From Candidatus Methylomirabilota bacterium (GTDB lineage Bacteria > Methylomirabilota > Methylomirabilia > Rokubacteriales > CSP1-6), in contig JBKPPN010000218.1 in assembly GCA_046733575.1 (NCBI GenBank), positions 1 to 30,108 on the forward strand: a DNA stretch of 30,108 bases, read 5' to 3'. A program made the translations under genes and the position numbers. Of this stretch, positions 1 to 7,212 are shown piece by piece (position 1 is the first letter of the stretch; each line of letters opens with the position of its first letter). The notes beneath the pieces are model-generated. The model was not told where the DNA came from. It was given only the letters and a program-made list of their open reading frames with translations, and did not search any database.

Positions 1-44
1 GGCAGCGTCAGCGTGTCGGACCGGAGATCGACGACGTCGTGCAT
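1..44 (-). CDS. ltaE: N-terminal fragment of a low-specificity L-threonine aldolase family protein (runs off the window start)
   Basis: Manual translation from ATG at 44 gives MHDVVDLRSDTLTL(P), matching the family N-terminal DLRSDTxT.P motif. It lies 7 nt downstream of the bamD stop, with AGAGG upstream. Only 14 full codons are visible. Confidence 0.7.
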   Translation of the reverse strand, partial: MHDVVDLRSDTLTL

Positions 45-51
45 GGCGCCT

Positions 52-798
52 CTACTTCTGGGCCAGGCGCTGCGCGGCGCGCCGTCCCCATTCGGTGTGT
101 GAGTACTCCATGGCCAGCCGTCGCAACGTGTCGGTGGCCTCGGCGGTCTTGCCCTCGCGGAAATTGACCTCGGCGAGCAGGTACAGTGCCTCGGGCACCA
201 CCAGGCTGCGCGGGTGATCCTTCAGGAGCGCCTCCACGCGCTGGCGCGCGGCGGCGGGATTACCGTTGGCCCAGTAGTAGCTGGCGACCCACAGTTCCTT
301 CTGCGCGAGTCGACCGCGGCAGATGTCGATCTTGGCGAGGCCATCCGTGGCATAGCGACTGTCAGGGTACTCCTTGACCAGCTTCTTGAACTGATCGAGC
401 GCCTTCTGGGCGAGGGCCTGATCCTGCTCGATCGGCTTGATCTGGTCGTAGTACGACATCGCGAGACGGTACTGGACGAGGTCCGCGATCTGATGGCGCG
501 GATAGAACGCCAGGAAAGTCTCGAACTCCTTGACCGCCTTCTCGAACTCCGACTCCCGGTAGTACGCCTCGCCCACGAGGAACCGCGCGCGCGCCGCGTA
601 CGACGAGTTCGGGTGTCGCTCCACGATCTTGGTGAACGCCGTCCGCGCCTCGGTGAACCGTCGCTTCGCCATCTCGTTCTCGCCGATCTGGTAGAGCTCC
701 TCGGGCGGAAGGATGGGCGTCGGCGCGGGGCGCAGCCACGACCAGCTGCACCCTGTTGACAGGTAGAGGAGTGCGACGAGCAGGATCCGGCCGAACAT
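52..798 (-). CDS. bamD: Outer membrane protein assembly factor BamD (TPR lipoprotein)
   Basis: Start moved from 852 to ATG 798, giving signal peptide MFGRILLVALLYLSTG-C with a lipobox Cys17. Contains TPR helices, the YPxSxYA / F...YP.H..A..V.Y motifs and LAQKELWVASYY, all typical of BamD/YfiO. Confidence 0.9.
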   Translation of the reverse strand: MFGRILLVALLYLSTGCSWSWLRPAPTPILPPEELYQIGENEMAKRRFTEARTAFTKIVERHPNSSYAARARFLVGEAYYRESEFEKAVKEFETFLAFYPRHQIADLVQYRLAMSYYDQIKPIEQDQALAQKALDQFKKLVKEYPDSRYATDGLAKIDICRGRLAQKELWVASYYWANGNPAAARQRVEALLKDHPRSLVVPEALYLLAEVNFREGKTAEATDTLRRLAMEYSHTEWGRRAAQRLAQK

Positions 799-810
799 CG
801 CAGGGAACTT

Positions 811-816
811 ATCATA
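811..816 (-). promoter_or_regulatory. Candidate -10 element (TATGAT) for bamD
   Basis: TATGAT on the minus strand, 12 nt before the ATG at 798. AT-rich hexamer in GC-rich DNA; no clear -35. Confidence 0.45.
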
Positions 817-836
817 TCCGCCGTCGGAAAAAGCCT

Positions 837-865
837 TTGACTTCGCCCACACCCGCCGGTATTAC
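837..865 (+). promoter_or_regulatory. Candidate sigma70 promoter TTGACT-N17-TATTAC
   Basis: TTGACT at 837-842, 17-nt spacer, TATTAC at 860-865. ATG follows at 875 with no SD. Confidence 0.5.
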
Positions 866-874
866 CGCTTCTAT

Positions 875-2122
875 ATGAGCCTCCCCCGCATGCTCCGCCT
901 CCGCCAGAACTTCCCGCGCCCCGTCGTCCACGACATCCCGGGCACCGTCAAGGCCCGGCTCGCCGCGTGCGGGCTCCCGGTGAAGCGAGGGGACACCGTC
1001 GCCGTCGGGGCGGGCAGCCGTGGCATCGCCAACATCGCGACGATCGTCGGGGCCACCGTGGAGTACCTGAAAGACGTCGGCGCCCGACCGTTCGTCTTCC
1101 CGGCGATGGGCAGTCACGGGGGCGGGACCCCGGACGGCCAGCTGTCGGTGCTCGAGCATTACGGGATCACCGAGGCCACCATGGGGTGTCCGGTGCGGGC
1201 CACCATGGACGTCGTGCAGGTCGGGGAAGCGCTCGGGCTTCCCGTGTGGCTGGACCGCTACGCCGCCGAGGCGAACTGGATCGGCCTCGTCAACCGTGTG
1301 AAGCCGCACACCGACTTCAAGGGGTCCATCGAGTCGGGGCTGTTCAAGATGATGACGATCGGACTCGGCAAGTACAAGGGCGCCATCCAGTACCACCGCG
1401 CCAACGTCCAGCACAGCTACGAGCGGGTGATCACGACGGTGGGACGCGAGATGCTCGCCAAGGCGCGCATCGGCTTCGGCCTCGGCATCGCCGAGAACGG
1501 CTACGACGAGACCGCGGAGATCCAGGCCTTCACGGCCGCGAACCTGGAGGAAGGCGAGCGCCGCCTGCTCAAGACGGCGCGCGACTGGATGGCGCGCCTG
1601 CCGTTTTCGTCGATCGTCGTCCTGATCGTGGAGCAGATGGGCAAGAACATCTCGGGCTCGGGGATGGACACCAACGTGATCGGTCGCCCGACCAACCCGC
1701 ACGAGCCGTTCCCGAACGACCCGCGCATCCTCTGGATCGTCGCCCTCGACCTCACCGAGGAGAGCTACGGCAACGCGACCGGGATCGGCAACGCCGACTT
1801 CACCACGCGGCGCCTCGTCGAACGGATCGACATGAAGCCCACGCTGATCAACTGCATCACCGCGTGCTCGCCCGGGATGGCGAAGGTCCCGGCGACGTAC
1901 GAGACCGACCGTGAAGCCGTGGAGGCCGCGCTGTCCTGCATCGGGCTCATCCCGGCCGAGCAGGCCCGGGTCGTCCACATCAAGAACACGCTGATGATCG
2001 GCGAGCTCGAGGTCTCCGAGGCCTATGCCGCCGAGGCGCGCGCACGTGCCGACCTCAGCGTGATCGGCGAGCTCACTCCGCTCGCCTTCGACGTCGCGGG
2101 ACGACTCGTGCCGCGAGCCTGA
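875..2122 (+). CDS. LarA-superfamily (lactate racemase-like / DUF2088-DUF362) putative nickel-pincer-dependent isomerase
   Basis: Motifs GAGSRGIANI, PAMGSHGGGT, NRVKPHTDF, SGLFKMMTIGLGK and GKNISGSGMDTNVIGR are characteristic of this family. 415 aa with good GC3 codon pattern. Confidence 0.75.
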   Translation: MSLPRMLRLRQNFPRPVVHDIPGTVKARLAACGLPVKRGDTVAVGAGSRGIANIATIVGATVEYLKDVGARPFVFPAMGSHGGGTPDGQLSVLEHYGITEATMGCPVRATMDVVQVGEALGLPVWLDRYAAEANWIGLVNRVKPHTDFKGSIESGLFKMMTIGLGKYKGAIQYHRANVQHSYERVITTVGREMLAKARIGFGLGIAENGYDETAEIQAFTAANLEEGERRLLKTARDWMARLPFSSIVVLIVEQMGKNISGSGMDTNVIGRPTNPHEPFPNDPRILWIVALDLTEESYGNATGIGNADFTTRRLVERIDMKPTLINCITACSPGMAKVPATYETDREAVEAALSCIGLIPAEQARVVHIKNTLMIGELEVSEAYAAEARARADLSVIGELTPLAFDVAGRLVPRA

Positions 2123-2162
2123 CGCGGGATCGCCGCCTCGCCGCGAGCCCGGACGACGGGGG

Positions 2163-2684
2163 TCACGCGTCGAGCAGCTTCTCCATGACGATGGTGTCGA
2201 CCCAGCGACCGTCCAGCAGTCCCTGCTCCTTGTAGATCCCCACCGTCCGGAACCCGAGCTTCTGATAGAGCGCCATCCCGGCATCGTTGGTGGGGAAGGC
2301 CGACAGCACCATCTTGTGGTAGCCCTGCTCCCGGGCCAGCTCCACGAGGCGCTCGAGGAGCAGGCGTCCCGCCCCCTTGCCCCGCCACGCCCGCTCGACG
2401 TAGATCGAGAAGTCGGCGACGAATCGGTACGCCTGGCGCGGGTTGTAGGGGTTCAGGCTGCCCCACGCGACGATCTCACCGCTCTGCGAGCCGCCCGCAT
2501 CGGGCACCTCGGCGACGACGACGGGATGCCGCGGCCCGCGGGCGGCGAGCCATTGCCGTCGCTCCTCCGGCGTGCGCAACTCGGTCTCCAGCGTCGCGAC
2601 GCGATCCTCGATGCCCTGGTTGTAGATGCGGCAGATGGCCGTCGCGTCGTCCGGGCTGGCGAGGCGAAGCGTGTACTCGGTCAC
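2163..2684 (-). CDS. GNAT N-acetyltransferase, phosphinothricin/arsinothricin (Pat/ArsN1-like) family
   Basis: GTG start at 2684 overlaps the upstream TGA (GTGA). Contains IYNQGIEDRVATLETE, AYRFVADFSIYV, acetyl-CoA motif RGKGAG, NDAGMALYQKLGF and G.LDGRWVD...MEK. 173 aa. Confidence 0.85.
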   Translation of the reverse strand: MTEYTLRLASPDDATAICRIYNQGIEDRVATLETELRTPEERRQWLAARGPRHPVVVAEVPDAGGSQSGEIVAWGSLNPYNPRQAYRFVADFSIYVERAWRGKGAGRLLLERLVELAREQGYHKMVLSAFPTNDAGMALYQKLGFRTVGIYKEQGLLDGRWVDTIVMEKLLDA

Positions 2685-3655
2685 GCGAGCTCCCGGGTGT
2701 CGAGTCGGCCGTCCTTCTGCAGACGTGCGAACTCGTCCAGCGTGCGGTGCACGCCGTCGGCGAGCGTCGTGGGCGGGCGGGGGCCGAGATCCTGCTGATA
2801 GCGTGCGTCGTCGAGCGCGTCGGGAAACGGGATCGGCTGCTCCACGTGGGTGACGAGTCCCTTGGCGGCCGGGCGCGCCTCCTCGATGAGCGTGATCACG
2901 TCGACCACCGACGACGACGCTCCGTGGAGGTTGTACACCCGCGCGCCGTCCAGCCTCGACGCCGACGCGCGGAGCAGCGCCTCGGATACGTCCTCGACGT
3001 AGATCAGATCGCTGCGGCCGCCCCAGCGGATCTGGAAGCGACGTCCGAGCACGGCCGCCTTCATGGCGATGGCGGGATCCGCGGTCAGCCCGAAGTCGCG
3101 GCCGGGTCCGTACACGCTCAGAGGACGGAATCCCATCGACGCGATGCCGTGCTGCTCCCAGTAGACGCGCGCCGTCTCCTCGTTGGCCACCTTGTAGACA
3201 CCGTAGTGCGTGGCCGGATGCGGGGCCGCGTCGTCCCTGATCGGACCGGGCGGATACAGAGCGGGCGGACCGAAGACGGCGGCCGACGACGCGTACACCA
3301 CGCGGCTCACGCGCCCTTCGCTGGCCCGGGCGGCCTCGAAGACATTCGTGGTGCCCACCACGTTGACGAGGGCGCCGCGCGAGGGGTCCTGACGGCACAG
3401 CGGGATCTGCCACGCCGCCAGGTGGATGAGACGGTCGACGCGGTGATCGCGCACCACGTTGATCACGGCGTCGCGGTCGGCGATGTCGCCGCGGACGAGC
3501 GTCGTGCGCGAGGCGACGTCGGGTCCCGCGATCATCGCGAGACGCCAGGGATCGTCGCTCACGTCGAAGACGACGGGACGCTCGCCGGTGGCGAGGAGGC
3601 TCTTCACGACCCACGAGCCGATGCAGCCCAATGCGCCTGTCACCAGCGTGGTCAT
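2681..3655 (-). CDS. NAD-dependent epimerase/dehydratase (extended SDR)
   Basis: Real start is ATG 3655 (MTTLVTGALGCIG, Rossmann GxxGxxG). Contains YASSAAVFG and catalytic YGVYK. The track's N-terminal extension to 4255 is antisense to the next gene. Confidence 0.85.
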   Translation of the reverse strand: MTTLVTGALGCIGSWVVKSLLATGERPVVFDVSDDPWRLAMIAGPDVASRTTLVRGDIADRDAVINVVRDHRVDRLIHLAAWQIPLCRQDPSRGALVNVVGTTNVFEAARASEGRVSRVVYASSAAVFGPPALYPPGPIRDDAAPHPATHYGVYKVANEETARVYWEQHGIASMGFRPLSVYGPGRDFGLTADPAIAMKAAVLGRRFQIRWGGRSDLIYVEDVSEALLRASASRLDGARVYNLHGASSSVVDVITLIEEARPAAKGLVTHVEQPIPFPDALDDARYQQDLGPRPPTTLADGVHRTLDEFARLQKDGRLDTRELA

Positions 3656-3663
3656 GGCCCCGC

Positions 3664-3672
3664 ACGATAGCA
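3664..3672 (-). promoter_or_regulatory. Candidate extended -10 promoter TG-C-TATCGT, near-leaderless
   Basis: TGn plus TAnnnT on the minus strand, 8 nt before ATG 3655; no SD. Confidence 0.45.
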
Positions 3673-3704
3673 CACGGGTCTTCGTCGCCCCCCGCCGCAG
3701 GTAG

Positions 3705-3729
3705 TAGAATCCCGCGCGTCGGCGCGGGA
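3705..3729 (+). promoter_or_regulatory. Candidate -10 (TAGAAT) overlapping a perfect 8-bp inverted repeat
   Basis: TAGAAT at 3705-3710. TCCCGCGC-GTCG-GCGCGGGA at 3710-3729 could be an operator or a 5' hairpin. SD-like AAAGGA precedes ATG 3759. Confidence 0.4.
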
Positions 3730-3758
3730 CTGCGCGCCGTCGTGAAAGGACGCGTGGC

Positions 3759-4742
3759 ATGGCTGATCGACCGCTCGTGGTGCTGGCCGGCAACATCGAT
3801 CCTGCGGGGCGGGCCGTGCTGGATCGCGAGGCACGCGTGATCGTGTGCGACGAGGAGAGCGAGGCGCCCTTCGTGAAGGTGGCGGCGGACGCCGACGGCA
3901 TCCTGTTCCGCGTCCGCCCGCGCTGCACGGAGAGCCTGATGGCCGCGTGCACCAAGCTGCGCGTGGTGGGCCGGCACGGCGTGGGCCTCGACACCGTCGA
4001 CATCCCGGCCGCGACCAAGCTCGGCGTGGCCGTCGTGCACGCCCCGGGCTCCAACGCGCAGTCGGTGGCCGAGCACGCGCTCATGCTCATGCTCGTCTGC
4101 GCCAAGCGCACGCTGAAGGTCGACCGCGACACCCGCAAGGCCGACTGGAACGCGCGCCGGGGCGGTAACGTGGAGCTCGCCGGCAAGACGGTCGGCATCG
4201 TGGGCGTCGGGAACATCGGCCGCAAGGTCGCGGCCTTCACGGCCGCGCTGGGCATGCGCGTCCTCGGCTACGACAAGTACGTGCCGGCCGACGAGCTGCG
4301 TCGGCGCGGCGTCGAGCCCGTCGACAGCCTGGAGACGCTCCTGCCCCAGGTCGACTTCCTCACCTGTCACACGCCGCTCACCGACGAGACGCGCGGCATG
4401 ATCAACGAGCGCAGCCTCGGCCTCATGAAGAAGGGCGCCGTGTACGTCAACACGTCACGCGGGCCGGTGCAGCAGGAGCGCGCGCTCTTCGAAGCCCTCA
4501 CGCGCGGACAGCTCGCCGCCGCGGGAATCGACGTCTTCGAGGAGGAGCCGAGCTCCGCGGACAACCCGCTGTTCAACCTGGAGAACGTCGTCGTCTCCGC
4601 GCACGTAGCCGGCGTGACGCGGGAAGCGACCGCGCGCGCCTCCGTGCAGGTGGTGAGCGAGATGCTGCGGGTGCTGCGCGGCGAGAAGCCCGACGTGCTC
4701 GTGAATCCCGAGGTGTGGCCGCGTCTCGGGCGGCGGGCGTAG
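3759..4742 (+). CDS. D-isomer-specific 2-hydroxyacid dehydrogenase (SerA catalytic-domain-like, no ACT domain)
   Basis: GRHGVGLDTVD, GIVGVGNIG (GxGxxG), NTSRG (Arg), DVFEEEP (Glu) and SAHVAG (His). Confidence 0.9.
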   Translation: MADRPLVVLAGNIDPAGRAVLDREARVIVCDEESEAPFVKVAADADGILFRVRPRCTESLMAACTKLRVVGRHGVGLDTVDIPAATKLGVAVVHAPGSNAQSVAEHALMLMLVCAKRTLKVDRDTRKADWNARRGGNVELAGKTVGIVGVGNIGRKVAAFTAALGMRVLGYDKYVPADELRRRGVEPVDSLETLLPQVDFLTCHTPLTDETRGMINERSLGLMKKGAVYVNTSRGPVQQERALFEALTRGQLAAAGIDVFEEEPSSADNPLFNLENVVVSAHVAGVTREATARASVQVVSEMLRVLRGEKPDVLVNPEVWPRLGRRA

Positions 4743-4745
4743 AAT
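4740..4745 (+). promoter_or_regulatory. Candidate internal -10 (TAGAAT) for a leaderless transcript starting at ATG 4752
   Basis: TAGAAT includes the upstream TAG stop and is followed by exactly 6 nt and then ATG; no SD. Confidence 0.5.
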
Positions 4746-4751
4746 CGGCGC

Positions 4752-5540
4752 ATGCCCATCGACAGCCGTCATCCCCGCGACATCCGCGCCGACATCCGAG
4801 CCGGGCGCATCACCGGCGTCACGGCCGGCCTCGGCCCCGGTCACGTCCAGGCGAACCTCGCCGTCCTGCCGCGTGACCACGCGTACGACTTCCTCCTCTT
4901 CTGTCAGCGCAACCCGCGCCCGTGCCCGCTCCTCGAGGTGACGGACGTCGGATCGCCCGAGCCGACCGGCGTCGCGCCCGGCGCCGACCTGCGCACCGAC
5001 ATTCCGCGCTACCGGATCTACGAGGACGGCGTCATGACGCGGGAGGTGACGGACGCCACGCCGTACTGGCGCGACGATCTCGTGGCGTTCCTGCTCGGCT
5101 GCTCGTTCACGTTCGAGTGGGCGCTCATGGAGGCGGGGATCACGCTCTGGCACGTCGAGCACGGCCGCAACGTCGCCATGTGGCGCACGTCGCTCGAGAC
5201 GCGCCCGGCCGGCGCGTTCCACGGTCCGACCGTCGTGTCGATGCGCCCGATCCCGACCCGGCAGCTCTCGAAGGCCGTCACGGCCAGCGCGCGCTTCCCC
5301 GGCGCGCACGGCGCGCCGATCCACATCGGCGATCCGGCCGCCATCGGCATCAGCGACATCACGGCGCCGGACTGGGGCGATGCGCAGCAGTTCGCGCCGG
5401 GCGACGTCCCCGTGTTCTGGGCGTGCGGGGTGACGCCGCAGGCGGTGGCCCTCGCCTCGAAGCCGCCCTTCATGATCACGCACAGCCCCGGGTCGATGTT
5501 CATCACCGACGTGCCCAACAGCGCGCTGGCGGCGTTCTGA
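4752..5540 (+). CDS. DUF1445/UPF0317 putative hydro-lyase (YcsI / D-glutamate cyclase-like)
   Basis: QANLAVLP, FLLFCQRNPRPCPLLEV, DLRTDIPRYR, FLLGCSFTFE, HGAPIHIGDP, VPVFWACGVTPQ and ITHSPGSMFITD. Sits next to pxp genes, like Bacillus ycsI. Confidence 0.9.
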   Translation: MPIDSRHPRDIRADIRAGRITGVTAGLGPGHVQANLAVLPRDHAYDFLLFCQRNPRPCPLLEVTDVGSPEPTGVAPGADLRTDIPRYRIYEDGVMTREVTDATPYWRDDLVAFLLGCSFTFEWALMEAGITLWHVEHGRNVAMWRTSLETRPAGAFHGPTVVSMRPIPTRQLSKAVTASARFPGAHGAPIHIGDPAAIGISDITAPDWGDAQQFAPGDVPVFWACGVTPQAVALASKPPFMITHSPGSMFITDVPNSALAAF

Positions 5541-6280
5541 GCTCGGCGACTCTCCCCCGGTTCCGGCCCGTCGGCGATCTCGCGGTGAGCGTCGAGCTGG
5601 GCGACGAGATCAGCCTGGACGTCAACACGCGGGTCCGCGCCCTGGAGCACCTGCTCGCAACACGCGGTGAGCCGGGCGTCACCGAGACCGTCCCGAGCTT
5701 TCGCGCGCTCCTCGTGTACTACGATCCGCTCGTCGTCCGCTACGACGCGCTCTGCGCGCGACTCACCACGCTCGCCGCGCACGCCTCCCCGGCGGCGCTG
5801 CCGCCCGCGCGCCACGTCGAGCTCCCGTGCTGTTACGAGGAGACGTTCGGCCTCGACCTGGTGGGCGCCGCGGCGCGCCTCGATCTCTCGCCCGAGGCGC
5901 TGATCGAGATCCATGCCGGCGCCGACTACATCGTCTACTTCATCGGGTTCACGCCCGGGCTGCCCTATCTCGATCTTCCGGAGCGGATCACGATTCCGCG
6001 CCTCGAGACCCCGCGCGTGCGCGTCCCGCCCAACAGCGTGTCGATCGGTGGGACGCAGTGCTGCATCTACTCGGTGGAGAGTCCGGGCGGCTTCTGGATC
6101 ATCGGACGCACCCCGGTCCCCCTCTACGATCCCTCACGCACCGAGCCCGTCCTGCTCCACGCGGGCGACCGCGTCCGCTTCCGCCGCATCGACGGCAGGG
6201 AGTTCGAGCGCATCAGCGAGGCGGCCCAGCGCGGGACGTATCGACCCGTGATCCGGAGCGACGTGGCCGCCCATCCGTGA
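5537..6280 (+). CDS. pxpB: 5-oxoprolinase subunit B (KipI/AHS1 family); start codon uncertain
   Basis: RPVGDLAVSVELGDEI, ETVPSFRALLVYYDP, VYFIGFTPGLPYL, PRVRVPPNSVSIGG and SPGGFWIIGRTP. Family similarity begins upstream of the first GTG (5585); the only start-like codon there is CTG at 5537. Confidence 0.85.
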   Translation: MSSATLPRFRPVGDLAVSVELGDEISLDVNTRVRALEHLLATRGEPGVTETVPSFRALLVYYDPLVVRYDALCARLTTLAAHASPAALPPARHVELPCCYEETFGLDLVGAAARLDLSPEALIEIHAGADYIVYFIGFTPGLPYLDLPERITIPRLETPRVRVPPNSVSIGGTQCCIYSVESPGGFWIIGRTPVPLYDPSRTEPVLLHAGDRVRFRRIDGREFERISEAAQRGTYRPVIRSDVAAHP

Positions 6281-7212
6281 TCGCGATCGTCGACCCCGGG
6301 CCGCTCACGACCGTGCAGGACCTCGGCCGCTTCGGCCAGCTCCGGTTCGGAATCCCGCCGTCGGGTCCCCTGGACCGCCCCGCCCTCGTCCTCGCCAACC
6401 GTCTCGTCGGCAATGCCGACGGCGCGGCGGCGCTCGAATGCACGCTGGGCGGCCCGCGTTTCGAGGTCGGCACGACCGTCGCGATGGCGGTCACCGGCGC
6501 CGACGTCGCCGTGTCCGTGAATGGCGAGGCCGCGCCGACCTGGACGACCGTGCCGCTGAAGTCGGGCGACGTGGTCAAGATCGGCATGGCGCGCTCGGGC
6601 GTGCGCTCGTACGTCGCCTTCGCGGGCGGCATCGACGTGCCGGTCGTGCTCGGATCGCGCGCGACGTACGTGCGAGGCCGACTGGGCGGCGTCGAGGGGC
6701 GTGCGCTGAAGAAGGGCGACCGGCTCTCGCTTCTGTCCGGCCCGGCGTCGCCCGCTCGGCGGCGGCTGAAGCCGGAGGCCGTTCCCGTCGCCGCGGCCGA
6801 CACCGAGCTCCGCGTCGTCCTGGGTCCGCAGGACGATCGGTTCACCGCCGAGGGCCTCGCCACGTTTCTCCGCTCCGCGTACGAGATGCAGCCGCAATCC
6901 GATCGCATGGGCGCGCGCCTGCGCGGGCCCGTCATCGCGCATCGCGCGGGCCACGACATCATCTCCGACGGGATCGCGCTCGGCAGCGTACAGGTGACCG
7001 GCGACGGGATGCCGATCGTGCTGCTCGTCGATCGGCAGTCGACCGGTGGTTACACGAAGATCGCCACGGTGTGCTCGTTCGACGTGAGCCGGCTGGCGCA
7101 GGTCAAGCCCGGGCATCGCGTACACTTCCGGGCCGTGACCGTCGACGAGGCGCACCGCGCGCTCACGGCGTCGGGTCGTGCGCTCGACACCGTGCTGGAG
7201 GAGATTTCATGA
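6277..7212 (+). CDS. pxpC: 5-oxoprolinase subunit C (KipA/AHS2 family)
   Basis: GTG 6277 overlaps the pxpB stop. Contains LTTVQDLGRFG, GPLD...LANRLVGN, RSYVAFAGGIDV, SDRMGARL and DRQSTGGYTKIA. Confidence 0.9.
   Translation: MIAIVDPGPLTTVQDLGRFGQLRFGIPPSGPLDRPALVLANRLVGNADGAAALECTLGGPRFEVGTTVAMAVTGADVAVSVNGEAAPTWTTVPLKSGDVVKIGMARSGVRSYVAFAGGIDVPVVLGSRATYVRGRLGGVEGRALKKGDRLSLLSGPASPARRRLKPEAVPVAAADTELRVVLGPQDDRFTAEGLATFLRSAYEMQPQSDRMGARLRGPVIAHRAGHDIISDGIALGSVQVTGDGMPIVLLVDRQSTGGYTKIATVCSFDVSRLAQVKPGHRVHFRAVTVDEAHRALTASGRALDTVLEEIS

Noticed and set aside
2685-4370. Apparent long N-terminal extensions or fusions in the ORF track (also 4922, 5827, 6438, 11090, 11992, 14650, 15024, 16241, 27527)
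   Set aside because: Family similarity starts only at the downstream start codons, most of which overlap upstream stops. The extensions run through other genes.
5537-7212. KipI/KipA sporulation kinase inhibitor or urea/allophanate hydrolase
   Set aside because: Co-occurrence with LamB/YcsF and DUF1445, and the absence of a biotin carboxylase, favour 5-oxoprolinase PxpBC.
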